A stretch of 64,000 nucleotides of DNA. Source: a virus. The DNA is taken from IMG/VR virus record IMGVR_UViG_3300045988_154953. One strand, 5' to 3'. The notes under the pieces are model-generated. The model was not told the DNA's origin. It searched no databases and saw only the letters and a list, made by a program, of their open reading frames with translations. The position numbers and the translations under genes are program-made. This document shows positions 17,598 through 28,294 of the stretch, piece after piece (positions within the stretch are counted from its first letter, which is position 1; each line of letters opens with the position of its first letter).

Positions 17598-18161
17598 TTA
17601 GCCTCTTCTAATTGAAGTGTTATACAATGAACCACCTTTAGCAATTGAATTTGGAGTAGTCTGTTCAAAAATAAGAGTACGACCTGCATAATATGTATCA
17701 GTTACAGTAGGTTTGTCAGAAATAAGATGTATCTGAGTCCCAAATATATTTGACCAATTAAATTCATCTACAATTAAAGCGCCAATTAAATCATGTCTTG
17801 CAATACCAGAAGATTTATCAAATATATCTTTGATGTCACATAGTACATAAAATATTACTTGACCTATTTTCGAAGTATTATTATATTTTGGTACTTCATT
17901 AAATGATGTTTCGAAACAAATATAATGCTTTGGAATTTTCTGAGTCTCAGGGAACATATAGAATGGGCGAATATTATCACCCATATAATCAGATGGACAA
18001 TCCTCATCTAATTCTGGATTATTTAGAGAATGAATTATTTTTTTATTATTGATCAATTTATTTTTGATCAATTCTTTATAGTAGATGTTGTCTTTTTCTT
18101 TTTTCTTTTTGTATTCAATTATTTCTTGAATCTCTTGATCAATATCAGCCATAGACAACAC
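17598..18161 (-). CDS. Virion-module protein
   Basis: 187-aa ORF, GGAGGTG RBS. Confidence 0.5.
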   Translation of the reverse strand: MLSMADIDQEIQEIIEYKKKKEKDNIYYKELIKNKLINNKKIIHSLNNPELDEDCPSDYMGDNIRPFYMFPETQKIPKHYICFETSFNEVPKYNNTSKIGQVIFYVLCDIKDIFDKSSGIARHDLIGALIVDEFNWSNIFGTQIHLISDKPTVTDTYYAGRTLIFEQTTPNSIAKGGSLYNTSIRRG

Positions 18162-18165
18162 CTCC

Positions 18166-19392
18166 TTATAAAGCAGTAATATCTAATATAATATTAGATT
18201 CAAGTTTACCAACAATACATTTTACTGTTAAATTCTGAGATAGATATTTTTCATCACCCAAGAATTTGAATTTACATTTAAATTTATTTTTAGTCATATA
18301 ATCAGTATCAAAAGATAGAAGAGGAGTAGATAAAATTCCAGTTTCATCATTATCCAATTTTATCTCCCATTTACATTCCATGTCATTACATTTAGATGTA
18401 ATATCTTTATCATTTCCATCTGTGATATGGGCTTCAAGAATTTTTACACTATTTAGTTTGACAAGATTATTCTTTGCCTGAATAGACAATTGATATCCAT
18501 GAAGATTTACACCTTTGACTTCATCTTTTTCTGTTGCGGTTACTGTATCCTCTAATAAATCCGCATACATGTCTCCGTAATCAGGAGCAGATGGATCTAG
18601 TTGTACATAATCATGTTCCGGTTCAAATTTATCCTGCTTAACGGTGACTTCAACCATACCTTTTGTGGCCGTATCGTTTACTTTTGTAATTATATAAGCC
18701 CATGGATTTTTTTGAAGCATAGATATAATGATTCTTGTATTATGTCGTAATGTTGAGGAAATTGGGTTCCATGGTAAAAAGAATTTTCCCTGGTCATCAT
18801 ATGATTGAAAGCGGTAATCTCTCCACACACCACTGGTGTATGAGTTCTGTGTTGCATTGATTCCCCATACTTTATGTTTGACTTTCTTAGTCCCATCTTT
18901 CTCTATCCACATAAATCTATGATTACATTTAAGAATACCAAATTTTGGAAATTGATTTGCAGGTTCCTCATAAACAACTAACCATTTATGATAAACACCT
19001 CTATCATCAGGAATGTCACAATATAGACCAACAGGAAAATGAATTCCTAACTTCTGGTAATTTGTTTCAAACCAATTTGGTTTAAAGTTCATAGAATTCC
19101 ATGCATCAGGTTCGAACATAATATGATAGTCTACGTCATCCTTTGCAAACGTTTTATACGACTTAACAATAAATTTTACCTTTATAGGTATTTTTGTTTC
19201 TGATAAAGCAGGATTATATCCATATTCTAATTCGACCTGATCATCATGATAGTAATCATAAAGATAAGCTTGTTTAGTTTGTGGATCATTATCCATCGTT
19301 TCCTGCATTACTTCATCTGCCATTATTTTTAGTTGTTGGCCAATAGTACCAACAGAAGTATATTTTCTTTGCATATCTTCAAAAGAGGGCAT
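18166..19392 (-). CDS. Virion-module protein
   Basis: 408-aa ORF, AGGAGG RBS. Confidence 0.55.
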   Translation of the reverse strand: MPSFEDMQRKYTSVGTIGQQLKIMADEVMQETMDNDPQTKQAYLYDYYHDDQVELEYGYNPALSETKIPIKVKFIVKSYKTFAKDDVDYHIMFEPDAWNSMNFKPNWFETNYQKLGIHFPVGLYCDIPDDRGVYHKWLVVYEEPANQFPKFGILKCNHRFMWIEKDGTKKVKHKVWGINATQNSYTSGVWRDYRFQSYDDQGKFFLPWNPISSTLRHNTRIIISMLQKNPWAYIITKVNDTATKGMVEVTVKQDKFEPEHDYVQLDPSAPDYGDMYADLLEDTVTATEKDEVKGVNLHGYQLSIQAKNNLVKLNSVKILEAHITDGNDKDITSKCNDMECKWEIKLDNDETGILSTPLLSFDTDYMTKNKFKCKFKFLGDEKYLSQNLTVKCIVGKLESNIILDITAL

Positions 19393-19394
19393 GG

Positions 19395-19724
19395 CTAAAC
19401 CTCCTTTATCTTTCCAATTTCAGCACCGGCTTCTAATATCAACATTTTATAATTTTCAAATTCAAAATGCTGACTATTATATTCCATTTGCGCTGATTGA
19501 AGTAAGCTCAATGCTGTTACTAATTCTGGAGGTCTTCTTAATAATTTATTCAAACCTCCAATTTTATAAAGTAAACCTTTAAAACAGGCATTTACATCTA
19601 CATATTCCAGTCCTTCAGATGTGTTAGGATCAACACATACTAAAAGAAAAAAGATACGTTTTCGTAGATACTCTTTTGTACTCTTGATTTGTTTCTTTGA
19701 AAAATATCCATATAAGTGCCGCAT
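19395..19724 (-). CDS. Virion-module protein
   Basis: 109-aa ORF, start overlaps the upstream stop. Confidence 0.5.
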   Translation of the reverse strand: MRHLYGYFSKKQIKSTKEYLRKRIFFLLVCVDPNTSEGLEYVDVNACFKGLLYKIGGLNKLLRRPPELVTALSLLQSAQMEYNSQHFEFENYKMLILEAGAEIGKIKEV

Positions 19725-20173
19725 TACTGTTCACCTATATATTCGTTGTATACATATCCATAATCTCGAATGAATTTACGTAAATTGACTTCCAGTGTTT
19801 TTACACGAGTCATGTTATTTTTATAATTATTAAGTAAAGATTTTTCTTCTTTGCCACCAAGGACGGCTGCCATATTAGTAATTTTGTCTATTTTCTGCTG
19901 TTCCCAACAAATAACCATTCCTTGAGCAAAAACATCTTTTACAAAATAATTATCTGATTCATCATCTATGGAAAGATTTAATTTAAACGTTAATTCGAGT
20001 ATATTGTCATCAAGAGTAATAGAAGAGAAGCATTTTCTAATGTATGGTGTACCAACTAAACTATGTAACCAATTCTTCATTAAATCATATGCTTCTTCTT
20101 TAGAATATTTTTTAAAAAAAGTAGGATCAGTTTGTTTAGAATAAAACTGAGAGTAAATTTCTTCGTAGGTCAT
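19724..20173 (-). CDS. Head-tail connector-type protein candidate
   Basis: 149-aa ORF downstream of the capsid gene; call is positional only. Confidence 0.4.
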   Translation of the reverse strand: MTYEEIYSQFYSKQTDPTFFKKYSKEEAYDLMKNWLHSLVGTPYIRKCFSSITLDDNILELTFKLNLSIDDESDNYFVKDVFAQGMVICWEQQKIDKITNMAAVLGGKEEKSLLNNYKNNMTRVKTLEVNLRKFIRDYGYVYNEYIGEQ

Positions 20174-20189
20174 GATACACCTCCGAAAA

Positions 20190-20768
20190 TTACTTTATAA
20201 ATAAGTCACTAAGCAGATTAAAGTCTGAACCAAAAATTGTTGATAATTCTCTTACCTTAGAAATACTGTCTAACTTACCATTAGCAATATTAGTTGATAT
20301 AAGATTCTTCATGACTTCTCTTGTTTCATTTGGAAGTTTTTCAATCTCACGTTTCATTTGACTATTTGGTAATGTGAGAATTTCCTCTAAATCTTCTCGT
20401 GTATACATTTTTCCATAAGCTTTCTTAACCGTAGGAAAATCTTCTAAGAAATCGTCATCAAGAATAATGAATCTAGGTAAGAATACGTGATCAGAACCTC
20501 TTCGAATCAAAGTAACCAAATCTCTGTAGTTGATATCACATTCTTCACCATAATCTGCAAACTCGTATAAATTGCCAGACTGAGAAGTAATATTTAATCC
20601 ACCAGAAGTTACCGATCTGCATAAAATATAATCAGAATCTGTGAATGTCTTTTTTGGCTTAACAGGTTCTTTAACGATAGGTTCTTTTACTTCAACTGCT
20701 TCAGTTTCAACACTAACTTTCGCAGGTGTTGTCGATTTCGTAATTGTTCTTCTTGTAGCTGTTGCCAT
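20190..20768 (-). CDS. Virion-module protein
   Basis: 192-aa ORF directly after the capsid gene terminator. Confidence 0.5.
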   Translation of the reverse strand: MATATRRTITKSTTPAKVSVETEAVEVKEPIVKEPVKPKKTFTDSDYILCRSVTSGGLNITSQSGNLYEFADYGEECDINYRDLVTLIRRGSDHVFLPRFIILDDDFLEDFPTVKKAYGKMYTREDLEEILTLPNSQMKREIEKLPNETREVMKNLISTNIANGKLDSISKVRELSTIFGSDFNLLSDLFIK

Positions 20769-20844
20769 TTTTTCTGTCTCCTTTTATTCACTAAAATAGG
20801 AGAGTGCTTAATAAACACCCTCCGCAATTCTTATATAAATTAAA

Positions 20845-21954
20845 TTAAGCTGTGATTTTCCACTTACCAAAATAACGACCAAGACGTGTAGCAACACCAA
20901 GTTCTCTCTGAACTTCGTATTTCATGATATCGTCAATTCTACCATTGGCTTCTCCACGCTCTGTAATTTCGTCAATTAATGTTTCACCAACATCGATCAT
21001 ATCTACAAGTTTATTATCTCCAGATGCAAATGCTAAAAGTGTGTCATCATCATATACATTCTGTCCAACTTTATTTCTTACAAATCTCTGTGGAATTTCA
21101 ACAAGCTGATAAGGGCCATAATTACCAAGACGACCCATAGTTGCTACAGCTTCTTTCTGAGAATTTGCAATCCAATCAACTTTTACAAGATTCTCAAGTT
21201 CCTGAAGGGCTGCTCTTGTACCCATTACAACTACTTCAGCATTATCGTTTGCTATAGAAACATTCTGAAGCATTTTGTTAAATTTCTTTCTTGTACTATC
21301 ATTCAGAGCACCTGTTTCAACAAATCCAGTCTGAACTGGTAACTTTTCAGGAGCAGCAAGGATTTCTGTAAGAATAAGATCCTGAATCATTATTACGAAA
21401 GCTTTTGTAATACTATCAATAAGCTTTGTCCAATCTTCATTACCAAGAATATATCTATCAATATCTGCACCTACAGCTGCACCATAAAGATCTGTTTCTA
21501 CCTTATATGTAGAACCTTCTGGCAATCTCTGCAGCATTGTATCATGATGTCTCTTACCCATTCTTGCGATAGAAAGAATAACTTCATCATGTTCCTGATA
21601 GAAGAGGTTTTCATCACCATCTTTCATATTCTTATAATTTACAAGAACGTTAAACCATTCATTTTCTTTAAGACCTGTTGATACTGTCCAGTCAGCTACT
21701 TCCTCAATTACATCAAAGAACTGACGTCCATTCTCTTCATAGGCTCTCTTACGATCTCTCTTAGAAGATTTTTCTGTAATTCCAAAAATTTTCTGTGATA
21801 CTTCCCTCAGTGTTCTTTCAGCATCTGCTTTTGAAACACCTTCTCCAAGTTCTCCTTTATAAAGATCAAACATGAGATTTTTAAGTTCATCGTAAGTCGT
21901 TCCCATTTCGGAGAAAACATTTAATGTTCTTGTACTAAAATTCATTTTTCCCAT
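20845..21954 (-). CDS. Major capsid protein candidate
   Basis: 369 aa, AGGAGG RBS, followed by GGAGAGTG..CACCCTCC hairpin plus T-run; sits between the scaffold-like gene and head-tail genes. Confidence 0.6.
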   Translation of the reverse strand: MGKMNFSTRTLNVFSEMGTTYDELKNLMFDLYKGELGEGVSKADAERTLREVSQKIFGITEKSSKRDRKRAYEENGRQFFDVIEEVADWTVSTGLKENEWFNVLVNYKNMKDGDENLFYQEHDEVILSIARMGKRHHDTMLQRLPEGSTYKVETDLYGAAVGADIDRYILGNEDWTKLIDSITKAFVIMIQDLILTEILAAPEKLPVQTGFVETGALNDSTRKKFNKMLQNVSIANDNAEVVVMGTRAALQELENLVKVDWIANSQKEAVATMGRLGNYGPYQLVEIPQRFVRNKVGQNVYDDDTLLAFASGDNKLVDMIDVGETLIDEITERGEANGRIDDIMKYEVQRELGVATRLGRYFGKWKITA

Positions 21955-21971
21955 TGTACTTTCCTCCTTTA

Positions 21972-22463
21972 TTATTCAGTGACAACTTTATGTTTCTGGC
22001 CGTTAATAGTTACTTTCTTTCCTTTTTCAGGTGTACCTTCAAAAGCATCTTCACTTAATTCATAAACATCTGTTACGTTAAGCACATAACCTCTAACTGT
22101 TTTTGTTCTTGTGGAGCTTGCTTCGTTGAAGAAATTTGAAAGTGCTTTGAATCTAGAATCATAATTCTGTTCAGCAATTACTGGGACTTCATAAATTAAA
22201 ATAGCTGGTTCATTTACGTCAACTTTCTTAACTTCTACATACCAGTTACCATCTGCAGCCTGTTCAAGAATTTCGCCCTCAAATGTGGACGGAGCAGCGG
22301 CTGTTTCATACTGATCAAAAGATACATATGCTCCTTTACCAACAACTGTACCGTTGTCTGTATCTGTTTTAATTACCATGTTAAGTGTTCTACCAACCTG
22401 ACCAGAGAGGACTTTAGTTGGAAAACAAACATGATGTTTTTCAATTGTAAATTTAATTGCCAT
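21972..22463 (-). CDS. Head-associated protein (decoration or scaffold type, unknown)
   Basis: 163-aa ORF immediately upstream of the capsid gene. Confidence 0.45.
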   Translation of the reverse strand: MAIKFTIEKHHVCFPTKVLSGQVGRTLNMVIKTDTDNGTVVGKGAYVSFDQYETAAAPSTFEGEILEQAADGNWYVEVKKVDVNEPAILIYEVPVIAEQNYDSRFKALSNFFNEASSTRTKTVRGYVLNVTDVYELSEDAFEGTPEKGKKVTINGQKHKVVTE

Positions 22464-22496
22464 GACTATTCCTCCTTAAATTTTGATAAATAAAAA

Positions 22497-22516
22497 AGAC
22501 CGCTTGAAAGCGATCT
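22497..22516 (-). terminator. Intrinsic terminator
   Basis: Minus-strand AGATCGCU-uuca-AGCGGUCU followed by TTTTTTATTT. Confidence 0.6.
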
Positions 22517-22533
22517 GAATTGTGTTTTTTTGT

Positions 22534-24240
22534 TTAATTATGTTTGAATAAATTTCCATATCTGCTTGGTGTATTATCTTTTGAAGGTGCTGCAAATATC
22601 TTTTGATTTACTACAGGTTTTTCTTCTGGTTTACCGTTAAAGGCGAACTGTCCACCACTTGTAATATAATCAGCAAATACTGACTTTAACTCTTTCTCTA
22701 AATCAGTGAGAGAGTAGTTATCCATTTCAGAAACTAATTTTGCGTATGCTTCATTCTTAAAGTTACCCTCTTCATCCTTTTCTGTAAGAACAGAGTATTT
22801 TTTATCAGAAATAATTGCTTCTTTCTGAGCATGAATCTCTGCATTTTGATACTTAGAAAGTTCTTCTTTAATAGCAGCATAATTTGAACGCATATCATTA
22901 ATTTCTGCATACTCCGAATCTGTTAAATACTCTTTATGTAATGCATAACGTTCTCCATCGAAAGCTACATTATCATTTTCTTTTGTATATTTCTGGCCAT
23001 AAATCTTATCTCCACGCCAATTCTCATACACAAAATATGTATCATATACACTACTTATATAATACCAGTCGTCATCTGTGGACTCATATGAACTTAAAAG
23101 GTTGTACAATGCATAACGAATATCATCATGAGAAATTTCAAAGGTACGTGTCATTTTTTCAAAAGTCTGTTCTTCTGGTTCATCAGAAGTCTCACCTTCC
23201 TCTGTTTCGGAAGTGCTTTCATCATCATTTGTATCATCTGTCTCACCTTCATCTCCAGAAGGTTCTGTAGAATCATCCTCAAAGGCTTCTTTAAATTTTG
23301 CCTCTAATTCTTCATCTGACAATTCTGAGTATTCAAATGTTACATCTTCAACAGATATATTATATTTCTTCAGTAACTCCTCAAATTTATTCATTTCTTC
23401 TTCATTTCCTCCTTCCTTAGATGGTATTTGTTGAGCAGAAAATTGCTCTTTATTATTGAAACAAGTAGATTCTAATTTTTCGAGTCTTTCTTGTAGTTCA
23501 ATCATTTTTGATTCATAATTAGAAAACATGCTGTTAGTTTCTGAGCTGAAATCAGATAATTTAATATTGGAACCTTGCATGCCGGGTTGAACAGAATCTC
23601 CCTGTGGTGTTTTCCCCAGAATAGTAACTCCTGAAAACCAAAAATCTTCAATATTTAAGAATTTCTGTTTCGCATCATAACTGAGTTCTCGAATTGAAAG
23701 CTCTACAGATACAAAACATTCACCTTCTCTTTCTAATATTTCGGCAGCCTTAGAATACTCTTCAAAAATATATCCATCAACTTCACAATACGTTTTCTTT
23801 TTGTCTTTATCATAGACTAATTTAGCATTGCAGCTTTCTGGTATAATACCAATAGGATATTCGTCATAAACTAGTTCGCCATCTTCATCTTCATGCATGT
23901 TGTGGCTATAAAATTCCCATTGTCCATCAGGATTCTCATCTGTTACAACTTTATGAATATAACCAAGAATTGGTCTATTACTAAATGATGGAAGAGCAGC
24001 TTCCATTGTATCCTCATCAATATTTGATCCATTTACGTTAAGATTGGTATGACATGATTGTAAATGTACCGGAAGTAATCCTTCTGTATCTTTATTATCT
24101 TTATCAAATTTGACCTGTCCATGAACTTGTACGACTAACGGTTGACCAGATTTTTCTGCGCTAAAATGTGTAGAACGTTTATATTTATTTAAATAAAAAT
24201 CATATAAATCTTCTATAAATAAAAGTTTTTTCTTTGACAT
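22534..24240 (-). CDS. Scaffolding protein candidate (possibly with an N-terminal protease-like domain)
   Basis: 568 aa; highly acidic Glu/Asp/Ser/Thr-rich centre and coiled-coil-like segments; located between portal and capsid genes. Confidence 0.45.
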   Translation of the reverse strand: MSKKKLLFIEDLYDFYLNKYKRSTHFSAEKSGQPLVVQVHGQVKFDKDNKDTEGLLPVHLQSCHTNLNVNGSNIDEDTMEAALPSFSNRPILGYIHKVVTDENPDGQWEFYSHNMHEDEDGELVYDEYPIGIIPESCNAKLVYDKDKKKTYCEVDGYIFEEYSKAAEILEREGECFVSVELSIRELSYDAKQKFLNIEDFWFSGVTILGKTPQGDSVQPGMQGSNIKLSDFSSETNSMFSNYESKMIELQERLEKLESTCFNNKEQFSAQQIPSKEGGNEEEMNKFEELLKKYNISVEDVTFEYSELSDEELEAKFKEAFEDDSTEPSGDEGETDDTNDDESTSETEEGETSDEPEEQTFEKMTRTFEISHDDIRYALYNLLSSYESTDDDWYYISSVYDTYFVYENWRGDKIYGQKYTKENDNVAFDGERYALHKEYLTDSEYAEINDMRSNYAAIKEELSKYQNAEIHAQKEAIISDKKYSVLTEKDEEGNFKNEAYAKLVSEMDNYSLTDLEKELKSVFADYITSGGQFAFNGKPEEKPVVNQKIFAAPSKDNTPSRYGNLFKHN

Positions 24241-24324
24241 TTCTTCTTATTAACCTCCTTCCTCTAAAATTTGGGTATAATAATACCCCATCTAAAAGAT
24301 GAGGTTATTAAGCAATTTATATAA

Positions 24325-24507
24325 TTAGAAACACAACTTATTTGAGTATGTAATTTTACCGGTATCAAATGATAATTTAGTATCTGTGTCATTTATAAAT
24401 GTCCAAACACCGCCACTGCAATCTACCATTTGAAATCCTAAATCTTTTAACTTATTCATTGTTTCTTTATCTGTTGTTTTAATAAATGGGAGAGTACTTT
24501 TTTTCAT
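24325..24507 (-). CDS. Hypothetical small protein
   Basis: 60-aa ORF with GAGG RBS between portal and scaffold genes. Confidence 0.45.
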   Translation of the reverse strand: MKKSTLPFIKTTDKETMNKLKDLGFQMVDCSGGVWTFINDTDTKLSFDTGKITYSNKLCF

Positions 24508-24531
24508 ATCCTTTACCTCGTTCTATATTAT

Positions 24532-26085
24532 TTATCTCCTATTTCGCGATTTGTCACCTTCTGTACTAATCTCCGTATCACTTTTGGTCGGTGCTCCGCC
24601 TTCATCTGTTGCACCACCAGATTGTGTTGATGCAGTTTGTAAAGGTGTAAATCTTTCGTTGAGATTTAATACATCTTTTTCAAGATAATTTAATGCCAAT
24701 GTATCTAATTCACTAAATCCATTTAACGAATTAATGGCCAAAGAGCTAACATACCCATAATTTAAATCTTTTTGCATTGATTCTTTAAACGCATCTTTAG
24801 TATATGCGGATACTTCGAAGAATTTAACTTTTGCTGGATTACTAACAAGATATGAAAGCATACGATTTACCCATCCTTGAACTTGTCCTAATAAACTAGA
24901 AATAGCGAGTTCTGTATCAGCGCGTGTCGCCGCTCGGAAAGCCTCAGCACCTGAAATACTGGATGAGTTGAGTATTTGCGCTCCGCCAGAAGTATTTAAT
25001 ACTTCTTTTGTTGCTTTCTGAATTTTAGTAGTATCAGATGCTTGGTCATCAGAAAATGATAATACATCTAATGGAATAGGAGTGATAACATCACCAACAT
25101 AATCAGGTAATGAATAAGATAATTTTTTATAATATTCTAATGCAGTATTTATATCAACAGCCCAATCATCTGGTATATCTGTTCCATCGATTCTTGGGAG
25201 AGTAGCAACAATCAATTTATATATTTGCTGTGCGTCTGCGACAGCTTGAATATCAGCTAAATCAAGTAAGTTAATTAAATCCAAAAACAAACCACTATAT
25301 GGTGGACATACTGTTTCCCATGACTCTAATCGGTATTTCGTACATAAAGCGTATTCATCTGGCATTTGTTGCCATTTGTTTGAGTTATCTCCACCATAAG
25401 CTGAATACATAGAAGAAAGTGGTTCACCTAAATATTCAATTAAATATTCATATTTTTTGTAATAACTCATATCCACCGCAAACGAAAAATCACCTGTAAA
25501 ATATTTACCAGTAAGCTTACAATATTCTGGTGGAAGTTGAAGTACAAATATTCCTGTTTCATCTATCCAACAACATCCATAATACACATCTTCTATAAAA
25601 TTATTAATAAATACTGACAGAAACTCATGCTGTAAATTCATTCTATCTAACCATTGTAAAGATTCATAATATGACTGTAAAATTGAATCTGGATCATTGT
25701 CTTCTGTTAAACTGAATGGTGGTACAACAGTACGTGCATTTAAATCAAACATTGTAGCATTGTACATAATTAATCTGAAATAGACTTGTGATCTGTAGAA
25801 TAAATATCTGGATAAATTTCGAAGATTATTTTCATTAGAAGAGATGTTCTGAAGATATGATATAACAGTATCTTTGTTATAAGAAGATAGTGTTGTCTGT
25901 CTGGTTGTTTTTGTTACATCTCGAATTTGTTTAAATGCTTGATTAGTTTTCTCTGAATTCTTAGCATACCATTCCTTCATTTCTGCTACAGTATGTTTGG
26001 GAGTAGATATAGAATTATTTGAGGTTGTAGAAGGTGCACTTTCTGTCACCTTTGGTTTATTCTTGCTTCCCTTTGGTCGTCCCAT
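24532..26085 (-). CDS. Portal protein candidate
   Basis: 517-aa ORF immediately downstream of the large terminase, AGGAGGTG RBS; call is positional. Confidence 0.65.
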   Translation of the reverse strand: MGRPKGSKNKPKVTESAPSTTSNNSISTPKHTVAEMKEWYAKNSEKTNQAFKQIRDVTKTTRQTTLSSYNKDTVISYLQNISSNENNLRNLSRYLFYRSQVYFRLIMYNATMFDLNARTVVPPFSLTEDNDPDSILQSYYESLQWLDRMNLQHEFLSVFINNFIEDVYYGCCWIDETGIFVLQLPPEYCKLTGKYFTGDFSFAVDMSYYKKYEYLIEYLGEPLSSMYSAYGGDNSNKWQQMPDEYALCTKYRLESWETVCPPYSGLFLDLINLLDLADIQAVADAQQIYKLIVATLPRIDGTDIPDDWAVDINTALEYYKKLSYSLPDYVGDVITPIPLDVLSFSDDQASDTTKIQKATKEVLNTSGGAQILNSSSISGAEAFRAATRADTELAISSLLGQVQGWVNRMLSYLVSNPAKVKFFEVSAYTKDAFKESMQKDLNYGYVSSLAINSLNGFSELDTLALNYLEKDVLNLNERFTPLQTASTQSGGATDEGGAPTKSDTEISTEGDKSRNRR

Positions 26086-26245
26086 GGGCGCACCTCCTTT
26101 TATTTTAAATTGTTTTGTAATTAAAAAATCATTTGTTTATTTTTACATATACTTGACTATTGACATGTATTGTGATATGATGTATATGTGAAAGTTTATG
26201 CAAATCTAGATTGAAATTGATAAAATGAGAGAATTAGATTAAGGA

Positions 26246-28294
26246 TTAGATATATGATTTACGTTTCGGTGTTCTGATTGGGAGGAGAGATGCAAGATTA
26301 GTAGAAGGTTTACGTTTTCTATTCATAATAGATTTTCTACGTTCATCCATAAGAGCTTTTGCGGCTAATGCGGCTGTATACGCACGGTCGTCATGCATTT
26401 TATTCGCTTTTTCTGGTGTTAGCTCAAAAGAATCCTTACCAGATTCTCTTTTCTTTCGAACCATATTTACAAGTTCTTCTTTTAAAGCATCTATGTTTAC
26501 TAATGCCAATTCATCTTGCCAATCTAGTTTAATCACCTTAGTTTTTACAGATTGTACATGATTTAACTCTTCATCTAATTGTCTATCAAATTCTTCTTTT
26601 GATAATTTTAATCGTTTTAATCTATTAGTGATTTTTTCTTTTTCAGAATTCAATTTCTTTTCATCCACATCAAAAACTGTCAAATTTCCTTTTCCATCAT
26701 ATGGAGCAGTGAAGCTAATTTTGTCCTGATTCATTAATTCTATTAAGGCTTCATACATTTCAGATTTATATGCAGTAGGAGATATTAGATGAACTTTATC
26801 TACTGCATTAGGAAATTTTTTTACATAGTCAGCTGAATACTCTTTATCAATTAATCCTCTGTGTGTAATTCCCGCCTTGTCTGTCCAGTCCGGCATAAGA
26901 TAATCTGCGATATTTACACCGGAACCACCACTACCTGCATCAATAAAAACACCAACAATATTCCCATATGCATCTGCACCACCATTGTAATCAAGTATAA
27001 CTTGTTTTAAATATTCAACCTGATCTGGCGTTTGCATTGGTGATTTGGTTTTCTTTCCAACATCCACTAAATTAATACAATTAACTAATCGCATTCTTTT
27101 ATCAATAGATTCATCTGGCATTATATAATCATAAATTTCCCCAACCAATATAACGCTATTATCTCTACTTCTAGCAGGATCGTAACATATAACGAAACGT
27201 TTATCTCCTGTATCATTATATAGAAGAGGTTTTCTTATTTCTTCATTACGTGTAATAACACCTCTTTTTATAATCGCATTTGCACCAGCAGAAGTAGTAA
27301 ATTGACAATAATATTCTCGTCTGGCCTTTTCAGGATTTGTCCTCATTTCTGATTGAACAGTTGAACGAGACAGAAGAGGAGCAATCAATTCGCCATGTAA
27401 AGTAGGTTTAAATGCTAATTCACAATCTATATGTAATACACAAAAATCAGGATCGCCCATAATTTGCTTCTTTGCAAAATCTCGATATAAGGCAAAAAAT
27501 TTTGTATCTGTGCTTGAAGCAGAACTTATATAAATTTTCTGATATGGCATATCTTGTGGAAAACAACGCTGTCTAATAGGGTCAATTGATTTACCACTTT
27601 CATCTTTACCTGTTTTCATACTTCTGTTAACAGCAGCAAAAGCACCATAAACATTCATCATTTCTTCCGATAAGAAACCACTTTCATCAAAAACCACTGA
27701 GCCACGGTAACCTCGTTTGGCATCTATATTAGAATTCAACGTTTGTGTCATAGCACCATTATATAAAGAATAATTAAATCCATTAGACGAATGTGAGAAA
27801 CCATCACCTGCTGCATTTTTTATCTCAATTTCATTTTTAAATACTTTGCCTGTAGAACCTGTGAAAGTATCAATGTTATCATTTGCAAGACGCTCCAAAG
27901 TAGTAAATGTTTGCTCTGCCTGTGAACCACTACCACTAGCAATATATGTCCAGTTATTGTTAAAGCACATACCTTTAGACATAATAGATAAATCGATCAC
28001 TGTTGATTTTCCCCATCCACGAGTACATACTAATAATGAATTAGGACATATCCATGTTTTTTGGACTGCTAATGTCTGGCTATCAAGAAGTTCTATATTA
28101 AACATCAAATCAATGAATCGTACTGGATTGCATTGAAAGTATTTTTGCATTTTAGCTATTTCCAGCAAAGATTCAATTTTTCTTGTAGACATAGGATAAA
28201 CAATCGGTTTTACAAAAATTCCATAATCACTATAAAAATCTTTATCATAATCTAAACTAAAATCATCATTATATGGAAGTATTATCTGACTCAT
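26246..28294 (-). CDS. terL: Terminase large subunit
   Basis: Walker A-like CTRGWGKST, Walker B-like VVFDESGF, C-terminal nuclease-like region; start re-set to MSQIILP after GAGGAGG. Confidence 0.85.
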   Translation of the reverse strand: MSQIILPYNDDFSLDYDKDFYSDYGIFVKPIVYPMSTRKIESLLEIAKMQKYFQCNPVRFIDLMFNIELLDSQTLAVQKTWICPNSLLVCTRGWGKSTVIDLSIMSKGMCFNNNWTYIASGSGSQAEQTFTTLERLANDNIDTFTGSTGKVFKNEIEIKNAAGDGFSHSSNGFNYSLYNGAMTQTLNSNIDAKRGYRGSVVFDESGFLSEEMMNVYGAFAAVNRSMKTGKDESGKSIDPIRQRCFPQDMPYQKIYISSASSTDTKFFALYRDFAKKQIMGDPDFCVLHIDCELAFKPTLHGELIAPLLSRSTVQSEMRTNPEKARREYYCQFTTSAGANAIIKRGVITRNEEIRKPLLYNDTGDKRFVICYDPARSRDNSVILVGEIYDYIMPDESIDKRMRLVNCINLVDVGKKTKSPMQTPDQVEYLKQVILDYNGGADAYGNIVGVFIDAGSGGSGVNIADYLMPDWTDKAGITHRGLIDKEYSADYVKKFPNAVDKVHLISPTAYKSEMYEALIELMNQDKISFTAPYDGKGNLTVFDVDEKKLNSEKEKITNRLKRLKLSKEEFDRQLDEELNHVQSVKTKVIKLDWQDELALVNIDALKEELVNMVRKKRESGKDSFELTPEKANKMHDDRAYTAALAAKALMDERRKSIMNRKRKPSTNLASLLPIRTPKRKSYI